Shown: positions 39,155 through 47,870 of the stretch, one piece after another
How positions within the stretch are numbered: the first letter of the stretch is position 1
Layout: the number at the start of each line of letters is the position of its first letter
Virus record (IMG/VR): IMGVR_UViG_3300050122_000263
Span: 496,001-560,000 of that record
Direction: 5' to 3' (one strand)
DNA: 64,000 nt
Notes under the pieces: generated by a model
Told to the model about the DNA's origin: nothing
The model's database searches: none
Seen by the model: only the letters and a program-made list of their open reading frames with translations
Made by a program: the position numbers and the translations under genes

Positions 39155-40213
39155 ATGCAAGAACCGGTTATTGTAACAAGCGATCATGGACGAGGCCCAG
39201 CTAATGAGGGTCTCCAGCGTTTAGTGAGAGAAGAGGAGTTGCACGAGCACTTCAAGACTTTGTATGGAGAGATGGAGGCACAGCAGATAAGAGAGATGTG
39301 CTACAGTTTTGAGCCTGAAGCCAGTAAAACCCCACCTTACTACTGGGTCTTCCTAGAGCGTGGTTCAACAGAGTTGAACTCAGCCCTTACTCACTCCACG
39401 GGAGTGAGTTTAGAGCGTCGCTCGGAAGACATTCCAAGCATAGCCCCTGCTCACTCCACAGAGATGAGCTCGGATCATAGTTCAACAGAGTTAAACTCGA
39501 CTCCTCACCCTGAGGCGAATAAGGATCGCAGCACAATTTTCCATGAGGTTTTTCCCAAGCACTATCAGATCAGCTGGAAGGATGAGCCCCATGAATTGGA
39601 GACTGTCACCTGTTACCATACAGTGGCAACTATCACCAACAACTCTCTTCCAGCCACTCATGCTGCAATGACTGAGGCAGAGTACAGTGCTATTCTGCTC
39701 GGAGTTAAGAAGCACTTCATCAATGATGGCGTGGAAGAGATGTCTCAATCTCTCTACAGCAGGAGCAGTGGGCGCCATGTCACAGTTGATCTTCCCCATC
39801 GAGAAGCCATGTTCCGCGACTTCTTCGGCGACAACTACGAAATAATCTTCACACTGGAGAATAACATGATCGATGGACATCCGTTCCAGTATAACACCCT
39901 CCTGATTAGGCGCAAAGAAGGAGCAGATGCAGCTCTACCCATACGCCAAGAGTTCGCTGTTAAGACCGAGTTCCTGGGTTGGCTGCACAAGAAGCGAGCT
40001 GAAATGACGAGACTAGGCCGCTGCACCTTGACTATGTCTGGGGATCAAGCAGATGTCTTCTTAGTCATTAGCTTGGCTAGCCGAGACAAACTGGTGCATA
40101 CCGCTTTTGGTAAGCGCTGCCGCATAGAATGGGCTGAGGAGCAGAGAGTGCTGTATGGCCAGACCTACCATTACACTACCCTCTATGTGGCTATGCCCAT
40201 CACCGGCCGCTAA
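39155..40213 (+). CDS. Hypothetical protein with internal duplicated modules and a palindromic in-frame segment
   Basis: 352 aa; repeated F..xF.++Y.I.W...Y.T modules; STELNS occurs twice. Confidence 0.75.
   Translation: MQEPVIVTSDHGRGPANEGLQRLVREEELHEHFKTLYGEMEAQQIREMCYSFEPEASKTPPYYWVFLERGSTELNSALTHSTGVSLERRSEDIPSIAPAHSTEMSSDHSSTELNSTPHPEANKDRSTIFHEVFPKHYQISWKDEPHELETVTCYHTVATITNNSLPATHAAMTEAEYSAILLGVKKHFINDGVEEMSQSLYSRSSGRHVTVDLPHREAMFRDFFGDNYEIIFTLENNMIDGHPFQYNTLLIRRKEGADAALPIRQEFAVKTEFLGWLHKKRAEMTRLGRCTLTMSGDQADVFLVISLASRDKLVHTAFGKRCRIEWAEEQRVLYGQTYHYTTLYVAMPITGR
39363..39498. repeat. Cluster of DNA hairpins inside a CDS
   Basis: GTTCAAC-aga-GTTGAAC (39363-79), ACTCACTCC-acg-GGAGTGAGT (39389-409), and degenerate second copies at about 39449 and 39480. 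Confidence 0.75.
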
Positions 40214-40287
40214 TATGTTAAAAAGCCAAAATATATACCTAAATATGATAGGTATATCTACTTCATCAATCCTGTTAAAGTGAGGCT

Positions 40288-40890
40288 ATGCAAGCTGTTG
40301 TTTCAGACTATCAGAGCTGGTTGCAGCGTTATCAATCATTCTGCTCAATTCTGACCCCTGACTTCTCTATTGACGGTAACTTCTCTCTGGCACAGGGTGA
40401 CCTCGCACAGGTATTGTGTGAGATGTCACTAAACTCAGCTGAGTGGTTATGCTGTTTGTCCAGACATCTGAGGGCTTACCGCCTAGACATCTGCGATTAT
40501 ATCGTGCGGCAAACAGAAGGCATAAGCACTTCAAACCGGGGCAAGTTGGATAAAGTCACTGTCGATGATGGCAAAGCAGTTATAATGGAGAATCTGAGAC
40601 ATGATCTGGATCTAATTCATCGCTTATTGGCTGTAGTGCAAGCAATGGAGAGAGCTGGTACTATCACAGTATTTGGTTTGCCTATTAATTCCAGTTATCT
40701 AAACGCAGCAGCTGAGTTGCGACAGATTGCTCAAGATACAGTTTCAGAGCAATTGGCCCCAGATGAGGAGTCCGAGGAAGATGACAGATCAGTCAGATTT
40801 TCAACAGCTCAGCCTGAGCAGGGCAGATCTCATTTACCATTCTGTATCTTGGTTATTGCTATCGTAGCAGCCTCTTTTTATATGCATTGA
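40288..40890 (+). CDS. Hypothetical tail-anchored protein
   Basis: 200 aa, helical, with a C-terminal hydrophobic segment. Confidence 0.7.
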   Translation: MQAVVSDYQSWLQRYQSFCSILTPDFSIDGNFSLAQGDLAQVLCEMSLNSAEWLCCLSRHLRAYRLDICDYIVRQTEGISTSNRGKLDKVTVDDGKAVIMENLRHDLDLIHRLLAVVQAMERAGTITVFGLPINSSYLNAAAELRQIAQDTVSEQLAPDEESEEDDRSVRFSTAQPEQGRSHLPFCILVIAIVAASFYMH

Positions 40891-40956
40891 CTGCAAAAAC
40901 TCTTCAAAAATTGAGCTACACACTTCTCAGTGTAGAGTTTGCAAACACAAGCGGGA

Positions 40957-41496
40957 ATGAGTGGTACAGGCGATGAAGTTACTAATTCTAAATCAGAGGT
41001 AGTTCAAAGCAGTGACCCTGTAGCGGAGGCGGAAGTAGTGGTCAAACCAGCAGAGCCAACTATAACCCCAGCCCCAACCTCAATTCCAGCAGCATCTCAA
41101 CAAGAAACAATACAGCCTCAACAGCCGGCAGCTATAACCTCACAGTCCTCTCAAAAGGTAACTCAGCCCTCTAAACCTCAATCCAAACAAGCGACAGCGG
41201 CCAAGGCGCCTCAGAAACACTCAGCCAAAGTTGGCAAGCAGAAACAGAAAGAGCCCATCGATCCTTATACAGCAAATACCAATGATGTGATCAATCTAAC
41301 GCCTGAAGAAGTAGCTGATCTGTTACTGCGATTCAATGTGGAGAAAGCTCATGTACTTCCCTTCATTAAGGAGCGGATTAATGGGCTGGCTTTCCTGCTG
41401 CTGGAGAGTTATGAGCTCAATCACCTTAACTTGCCTCTAGGGCCGAGGAAAGTGATCTTCTACTTGATTCAGCAGATTCGCCAGCGCAATAGTTGA
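40957..41496 (+). CDS. SAM (sterile alpha motif) domain protein
   Basis: LTPEEVADLLLRFNV...FIKERINGLAFLLLESYELNHLNLPLGPRKVIFYLI; disordered P/Q/K-rich N-terminus. ATG at 40957. Confidence 0.85.
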   Translation: MSGTGDEVTNSKSEVVQSSDPVAEAEVVVKPAEPTITPAPTSIPAASQQETIQPQQPAAITSQSSQKVTQPSKPQSKQATAAKAPQKHSAKVGKQKQKEPIDPYTANTNDVINLTPEEVADLLLRFNVEKAHVLPFIKERINGLAFLLLESYELNHLNLPLGPRKVIFYLIQQIRQRNS

Positions 41497-41757
41497 TGGC
41501 TGAGATTAATAAAAACAATATAGGACTATGTTGTTTCACTTGATAAGCTCGACTTAACACTGAGGTATTGTGGCATGATCATTAAAATGCTCTGTGTTAA
41601 CTGCCCTATTCTTCAGGCATAGGTTGTGAATTCTGATTTACAATGCTCTAACGCCTGTGTGAGCGCGCTCAAAGGCTCAGATTAAATAATCACAGTTGTA
41701 GATTGATTTATTGGGTTACTCATTAGTGGTAATAAACACAACTTCACACAGTTAGAT

Positions 41758-42573
41758 ATGCAAGGAACAGATGAGCAAGTAGCACACAACACCATAAGTG
41801 GTGATGAGGATTTATCTCAAGATCAAACACCCGAAGGCTCTGAAGAAGAGGAAGTAGTAGATGTGTTTTCTCTAGCCTCAGCTCCAAAGGGATCGGACGA
41901 TAATGCAACGGCTAAAATCGTGTCCCACGCATCTATCTCCTATCAAGCAGGGGAAGATTTGTGGCAGACAATAGCCAACTTCGAGCAATTGCAAGCTGTT
42001 TTTGCTCTCAACATCCAGGGAAATGTATTGGAGAGCCCATCCCATATTGGTCGCCTAGATGAGGAAACTGAGGTTATTATACCTCAGCTGACTAAGCTTA
42101 ATCTATATGGCTGTGTTACTGTCAACTCTCAACCCTATGGTAAGTTTGTTTCACCACTGACCAACAGTTGGGCTATCCAACGGCCTTATCTCTGTTGTTG
42201 GTTGCGCTCTGAGGAGGCCTTCGCTTTCATCGCCACTTTACGAGAGATAGATGAAAGATATGCCGTCACATGTGTTGACGATGAAGTCATGACTCCGGAG
42301 ACCTTCGGCCTGAAGCACTTCATCCTGGACAACGGTGCTATAGCAGGGTATAAGACACTGACTATCACAGGGGAAGGCGAGGTTTGGGTTGAGGATTACC
42401 ATCATTGCCTTCCTATGACGGAGAACAATTATGTAGATGAGCAAATACGACTTAACATAGTTGGTGAGAAGATGACCTTGATCACAATTGTCAGTGATCA
42501 ACAGAACAATGATATCTTCGATGACTGTGTTAAGGCCATGGCCAAGGTGGTCTATCACAGGGAGTGGCCCTAA
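41758..42573 (+). CDS. Stand-alone MTHFR C-terminal/DUF6919-like domain, copy 2
   Basis: RLDEETEVIIPQLTKLNLYGCVTVNSQPY...AIQRPYLCCW; paralog of 37192-37896. Confidence 0.65.
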   Translation: MQGTDEQVAHNTISGDEDLSQDQTPEGSEEEEVVDVFSLASAPKGSDDNATAKIVSHASISYQAGEDLWQTIANFEQLQAVFALNIQGNVLESPSHIGRLDEETEVIIPQLTKLNLYGCVTVNSQPYGKFVSPLTNSWAIQRPYLCCWLRSEEAFAFIATLREIDERYAVTCVDDEVMTPETFGLKHFILDNGAIAGYKTLTITGEGEVWVEDYHHCLPMTENNYVDEQIRLNIVGEKMTLITIVSDQQNNDIFDDCVKAMAKVVYHREWP

Positions 42574-42720
42574 TTAATAGATAGTTAAAAAGGGTGTGTA
42601 AAAATTTCCCATATGGATGGGAAATCTTGCATAAGAGTATAAGGGATAATAGTGGCAGAATGTGAATAACACTAACAGAATTATAAACGGAGAGTTTCAA
42701 GAAATTTAGGCAGAGCAAAG

Positions 42721-45426
42721 ATGCAAGCTGCCACAGCTCCTGAGCATGTCACACTCAATTTCGCCGGTCAGCAGTTGAAACTGCCTCTCCCCATTGCTCA
42801 ACAAGCAGGCACTCTAAAGCAGCTACTCGAATTCAACCGCAAGTACGGAGCTCAAAATTACAACTTCACCCTTGCTTTAGAGGAGCTACCGGAGGATATC
42901 AGAAATAATCCGACCGTGCAAGAGCAGCTCTTAATTCGCCTACGCCAGATTTTCTTTGATGAAGCGTTCTTTGTGCCAGAAGACCCGGCCACATTACTGA
43001 ATCTGTTAGCCTTGATGCAACGACTGGAGCTCACCAAGTCTCCATATCTGGAGAACATAGCTACCAGATACTTCTCGTTGTTACCATTTGGCGAGTTGCC
43101 ACCCCAAGAGACGCTGCTCTGGATATTCACACATCAACCCATTCCAGTTGCTCGGTTCTTGAAGCAACTCTCTAACAGACTGCATCAGGAGGATGGTTTC
43201 AACACAGCCATCATACGCTATTACCAAGAGCTGATTCGAGCTGATCAGCAGATCGCTTATGCGCTACAACCTCATAGCTATCCTTTTGTCCATCCAGACA
43301 GGGTAGACCGGATCTCACCAAATCTCTTCCTACTGAATCCATTAGATAATACCCGTCCCTTGATATCAGATTATATGCAAGCTGGACTGGCTGTAGCCAT
43401 CCATCGTAAGAGCTTCCTGGTGCCACCACCTCAATGGATTGAGAATGTGGAGATCAAGTTTCCAACTCAGGCTGTTTTTATCGGAAGGTTGGTACAGCTC
43501 TTCCCCGGTTTGATCAAATTTGTGGAGGATATAGCGAGAGAAGTCACGGAGATGTTTCCACCTGTTGATAACCGACCAGTAGCGGGCTGTCTACTAGCAG
43601 GGCCTTTTCTACCAATTTGTCTGGACGACTGGTTATTTCAGCGTTTACGTCACAAAGCCTCGATCGAGATTCTGATCTATGGTAGTAGCCCTGCAGTGCG
43701 AGAACGAGTCTTTGACTTAATACTAGGTTGGTTCCGCGAATACTTCGATGATCAGGAAGGAGATGTGACCACCAGATATTACGAGGATAGTTGGGTTTTC
43801 GTCAATCCCACTCAGCGTGTCAGGTTACGACCTCTCTTATTCAACACAGCTATGGCGGCCCTGTCACAACAACGCCTCTCACACTCACAAATTGGTTACG
43901 ACATCCATTATGGACTGCTTGCTACTCCCCTCTTCTCATTATATTGGCGCCGACGTGAATCTATTATCGCCTGGTATGGAGTCAGAGGTGAGGAGTTGAT
44001 AGGAGCAGCTTATTTCGGCTTCGCCATTAAGCTGATCGCTCCATATGCTCATATACTGAGGGAATCAGCTATCCATATTTTCGAAGATGGTCGCCCCACT
44101 GCCGAGGTCTACTATGAAAGCACTCCAAATTTCACCCTAATTAAAGGAACCCCTAATCTTGTCTTAGAAAATGCAGGGAAGAGACCAGTTCTGGCAGTCG
44201 ATTATGCTGGGCCAAGAGCTTCCCCTCGTTTGGAAGCATTTCCTCAGGACTTTTTGCCGGGGGACAGGGGTAGTTATGGCCTTATAACCATATTTGGAGG
44301 AGTGAGTTCTATTGTAGAAACCACGCCTTGGGAGACCGAAGTCTTGTTCAGAAGAGATTTCCGTGATAATATGCATGTTAACTTCGAAGTTAACGCTTTG
44401 TTTGCCAATCCAAGTATCAGATCAGGTCTCAACCCCGGGGCTGATACTACAATTGAAGGTGTTATGTTCACACCGCGGAGCTTCTATCATGCTCACCGCG
44501 ATGTTGGTACTGATCTACTTTGGGGAAGCCCTATTGAACTAGCAGCCGGGCCTGGCTCCTTTGGTAGCTATTTCTGGTTACGTCAATGTTCTTTCAAACG
44601 CTCCCCTGTCTACCGCTTCCCTCGTGGCATCATTCCACAAGAGGGACATTACCGGACCTTCGATGCCCTACGAGGTTATGTCGTTGAGAATTCTCGTCCA
44701 CCCATAGCGGACACATTTCAACTGATAGACGAAAATGTGGTGAAATATCCTATCCCACTCAGAGATGCTGATCAAGGATACATAGTGTTTACAGAGCTGC
44801 CGCAACCGGCTGATCCCAGACACCTTGAGTTACTGAAGCCTGGTAAAGCAGAGTGGCCAATCACTGTCACTGCTGTGCTACAACTCAGGACTTTTGGCGG
44901 GCAACAACGACCAGTTACTCCAGAACTCTATCGTGAATCTCTACAGCTTAATGAGGAGCAGATTGCAGCACTGCCTCTAGTGACTGCTGAGCAACTGCCC
45001 GCCCTACTTTACCAGGCTGATCCTCAGTTCAGAGCCCAAGCAGAAGCATATCGTGAGAATGCTGCAACGATCCAAGAGCTGAAGGAAGATGAAGAGATCG
45101 ACGATGAAAACGAAGAGGAGCCAGGTTATATACCTAGACTTGCAGAGGGTGAGATGGAGAACTTTAAACAAGTCTACCGAAATCGAATCGCTGAACTGAC
45201 TCTGGACTTTGAACGTGAAGCTCAACAGCTCCCCCTCTATGTTCGGGTAACAATAGATGTAATGGTTGATAGATGGTTCTTCATTGATGGGGCCAACTGG
45301 CTGATGCCTTTTGATGAGTTGTTTAACAACCAGTTCAATTGCTCTATCAGGATAGACTCAGCTGATGAGAATGGTGAAGAGAGACGTTATCCGTACATTA
45401 TGCGAGGTTACAAAGTGTATCCCTAG
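42721..45426 (+). CDS. Large protein with BTB/Skp1-like N-terminus and degenerate NTase-like segment
   Basis: VTLNFAGQQLKLPLPIAQQAGTLKQLL resembles a BTB/Skp1 start; GCLLAGPF...SIEILIYG resembles the NTase head without the Asp residues. Confidence 0.5.
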   Translation: MQAATAPEHVTLNFAGQQLKLPLPIAQQAGTLKQLLEFNRKYGAQNYNFTLALEELPEDIRNNPTVQEQLLIRLRQIFFDEAFFVPEDPATLLNLLALMQRLELTKSPYLENIATRYFSLLPFGELPPQETLLWIFTHQPIPVARFLKQLSNRLHQEDGFNTAIIRYYQELIRADQQIAYALQPHSYPFVHPDRVDRISPNLFLLNPLDNTRPLISDYMQAGLAVAIHRKSFLVPPPQWIENVEIKFPTQAVFIGRLVQLFPGLIKFVEDIAREVTEMFPPVDNRPVAGCLLAGPFLPICLDDWLFQRLRHKASIEILIYGSSPAVRERVFDLILGWFREYFDDQEGDVTTRYYEDSWVFVNPTQRVRLRPLLFNTAMAALSQQRLSHSQIGYDIHYGLLATPLFSLYWRRRESIIAWYGVRGEELIGAAYFGFAIKLIAPYAHILRESAIHIFEDGRPTAEVYYESTPNFTLIKGTPNLVLENAGKRPVLAVDYAGPRASPRLEAFPQDFLPGDRGSYGLITIFGGVSSIVETTPWETEVLFRRDFRDNMHVNFEVNALFANPSIRSGLNPGADTTIEGVMFTPRSFYHAHRDVGTDLLWGSPIELAAGPGSFGSYFWLRQCSFKRSPVYRFPRGIIPQEGHYRTFDALRGYVVENSRPPIADTFQLIDENVVKYPIPLRDADQGYIVFTELPQPADPRHLELLKPGKAEWPITVTAVLQLRTFGGQQRPVTPELYRESLQLNEEQIAALPLVTAEQLPALLYQADPQFRAQAEAYRENAATIQELKEDEEIDDENEEEPGYIPRLAEGEMENFKQVYRNRIAELTLDFEREAQQLPLYVRVTIDVMVDRWFFIDGANWLMPFDELFNNQFNCSIRIDSADENGEERRYPYIMRGYKVYP

Positions 45427-45554
45427 ACCTTGACAGCGGAGATAAAAACTTGTCATGACTGACAAGTTGAGAGTTTAAATCACTGAAGACAGAGAAATTC
45501 TGTGGTGAGATGAGATGTAAAGTGTCTGAAAATTAAGATTCTTTTCTCAGGAAA

Positions 45555-46754
45555 ATGCAAGGTCAGACACCTATACTTCCCGGTGCATTTGGCAATCGAG
45601 CCATAGAAGGAGTGCCATATGTTGAGAAGATGTCAACAACTGGCTTTGGTGTTGAACCTCCAACTCCATTAGAGGAGGTATGGCTGCATCGACAACAGGT
45701 TGCTACAGCTCAACAGGAGTTAGAACAGGCACTGCAGCGTGCTCAGCGTGCTGGAGCCACTCCCATTCAACTGACTCAAAATCAACCTTACTTTGCAAGG
45801 ATGTCTGCAACCACCTTTGGAGTTGAACCGCCAACTGCATTAGAGGCTCTTCAGATAAAGAGAGATCGACTTGCGCGAGTACAACAGTACTTGGTACAGG
45901 CGCAACAACGTGCAGCACAATATCTGGCAACACAACCTCAGCCCTTCCAGCCCCAACGTGCCGTTCAACCATTCCAACCCACTCAACAAGTCACACGGCC
46001 CTTCCGTCCCGCTCAGATCGCTCCACCACAACCATTTCAGCCAACTCAGCAGCCATTTGCCTTGACTCAGAAACAGATTTTCCGTGCACCCCGCTCACCA
46101 CGTCAACCCACCCAAGGACCATTCAAGCCCATTCCTCTGCCTACTCAACCTTTTCAGCCCATTCCTCTGCCTACTCAACCTTTTCAGCCCATTCCTCTGC
46201 CTACTCAACCTTTTCAGCCCATTCCTCTGCCTACTCAACCTATTAGGCCTCTTAGCCCAAGGGCTGTGCTAACTGGATCTCCTCCACGCTCACCGCCAAG
46301 ATCTCCAATCTTCCAGCTTCAACTTCAGCAGCCAACACAACAGATTCAGCGATTCACTCAGCAGCCCCGGGCCCTTCAACCCGTTGTTCAAGCTCAACAA
46401 TTCACTCAAGCTCAACAACTTCCCCCTAGGCGTGTAATTTTGGAGGAGATCTCCTGGACTGTGGGTGATCGTCCTGAACAAGCCAGATTGGCTGTGGGAG
46501 CTCCCACCATTATTCTGACTCTGAGTAGAGATGTCTTTGGTGTTGCAGATTATTCCGTCCGTATTGACGAGCCCGTGCCTGGCAACGGCATTCCAGTCAG
46601 TGCCATTTTTGAAGGCATTAACCGCATTCCTGCCTTGCAGAACCCTGTTGACCGTGGCGATCGTGTCTTTTTCGAAGGAATTGAACAATTTTTCCCCCAG
46701 GGACCTCAGGTTATCCCGGGAGTGGAATATTACGAGGTCCAACTTGGCAACTAG
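45555..46754 (+). CDS. Pro/Gln-rich repeat protein with C-terminal family D (DUF6699-like) domain
   Basis: 57-aa N-terminal duplication (PY..+MS.T.FGVEPPT.LE), QPFQP repeats, C-terminal VRIDEP..GIPVSAIF...GDRVFFEGI...YEVQLG. Confidence 0.75.
   Translation: MQGQTPILPGAFGNRAIEGVPYVEKMSTTGFGVEPPTPLEEVWLHRQQVATAQQELEQALQRAQRAGATPIQLTQNQPYFARMSATTFGVEPPTALEALQIKRDRLARVQQYLVQAQQRAAQYLATQPQPFQPQRAVQPFQPTQQVTRPFRPAQIAPPQPFQPTQQPFALTQKQIFRAPRSPRQPTQGPFKPIPLPTQPFQPIPLPTQPFQPIPLPTQPFQPIPLPTQPIRPLSPRAVLTGSPPRSPPRSPIFQLQLQQPTQQIQRFTQQPRALQPVVQAQQFTQAQQLPPRRVILEEISWTVGDRPEQARLAVGAPTIILTLSRDVFGVADYSVRIDEPVPGNGIPVSAIFEGINRIPALQNPVDRGDRVFFEGIEQFFPQGPQVIPGVEYYEVQLGN
46126..46241 (+). repeat. Perfect 30-bp coding tandem repeat, about 3.9 copies
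   Basis: Unit AGCCCATTCCTCTGCCTACTCAACCTTTTC, encoding (QPIPLPTQPF)n. Confidence 0.95.
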
Positions 46755-46792
46755 GATTCTGACCTCCATCTATAGAGTCTTACAGAAACAAC

Positions 46793-46820
46793 TAAAAACT
46801 CATTATCAATGAGTTTTTAA
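46793..46820. terminator. Bidirectional 3' hairpin
   Basis: T-AAAAACTCATT-atc-AATGAGTTTTT-AA between convergent genes. Confidence 0.7.
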
Positions 46821-46836
46821 CATCTATCCTCTATGG

Positions 46837-47781
46837 TCAATAACTTAACCATCTCCCCACAGCTGCCTCAACACTAGGCACATGATTACCAGCTAGCCAT
46901 CTCTCCACAGCTGTAGTCTTAACAGCCCAGCGCTGGCCAAAGGCTTGTGGTGTATCTTTCCACAAGAAGAGCCAAACATCTCTCCATAAATAAGGGCGAT
47001 CAAGATAGAGAGCACAGATGATATGAGCAGGCACTATAGCCCGCACTGCCACTCGTGTTAAGGGTTGCATCTCAGCTACAGAAATCTTGGCAAAATGGTC
47101 ATAGGAAACTAGTAGCAATGACTTGAGGTTGGGTAAACTCATTGTTATATACATAGCTTGAATAGTAATACTTAGGTCGGCGGCATCTCTTTCATTGGAA
47201 CCAGAGTGTACAATAGTCAACCAACCACGGGGTGGATTCAATAGTTCATTCAGAGCCTGGGAGCGCTTTCCTTTGGCCAGAGTCACTACAACATGTATAT
47301 CAGACAGTAACATACTGTTTGTGGGTGCCTTATATGCATCTATCTCTGCAGCAACACGAGCACAAGAATCACCATCTATCAGGACAACAGTGCTCAAACC
47401 ATTTTGTATAGCAGCTAACTTGAAACAAACTTGTGCTGTGCTAAGAGACGGCAGTTCACAAGATACAGCCACATCGCTGGTATCCTCCATCTTACAGTCC
47501 AGTTCCTCCTCTGCTTTGGAGCGATTGGCTTCAATTACCACTTCAGACATCTTGGTCTTAATCTGGGGAGGTGGATGATGAGATAGAAATCGCCTAATCG
47601 CATTAGCAGCAGAGGGCATACTCCTTCTTCCCTGTAGCCAGCGTGAGAAATTTCCCTGATTCAAGAGCCAAGTCTTACTAAAGGCGGATTGTGTACCCAT
47701 CCACTCCGTCTTCCAAGCTACAATTAACTGGTTGTCTGTCAGGTTCAGGAAGTGAGTTGGAATCTTAAGTTCATCTTGCAT
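46837..47781 (-). CDS. HTH - NYN/PIN-like - HTH protein
   Basis: QSAFSKTWLLNQGNFSRWLQG; VLIDGDS...ERDAADLSI...LLVSYDHFA; PQAFGQRWAVKTTAVERWLAG. Confidence 0.65.
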   Translation of the reverse strand: MQDELKIPTHFLNLTDNQLIVAWKTEWMGTQSAFSKTWLLNQGNFSRWLQGRRSMPSAANAIRRFLSHHPPPQIKTKMSEVVIEANRSKAEEELDCKMEDTSDVAVSCELPSLSTAQVCFKLAAIQNGLSTVVLIDGDSCARVAAEIDAYKAPTNSMLLSDIHVVVTLAKGKRSQALNELLNPPRGWLTIVHSGSNERDAADLSITIQAMYITMSLPNLKSLLLVSYDHFAKISVAEMQPLTRVAVRAIVPAHIICALYLDRPYLWRDVWLFLWKDTPQAFGQRWAVKTTAVERWLAGNHVPSVEAAVGRWLSY

Positions 47782-47840
47782 CTCTGTTCACCTTCACTGT
47801 TGACTGCAAGTAAAACAGAATAACACTATATCAAATCTAC

Positions 47841-47869
47841 CTTGCTTATCTCAATAAGCAAGTTTTTAA
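47841..47869 (-). terminator. 3' hairpin
   Basis: CTTGCTTAT-ctca-ATAAGCAAG followed by TTTTTAAC (TTAAAAA on the sense strand). Confidence 0.65.
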
Positions 47870-47870
47870 C

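Noticed and set aside
46126-46241. 30-bp repeats considered as CRISPR
   Set aside because: Head-to-tail with no spacers, in frame within a CDS.
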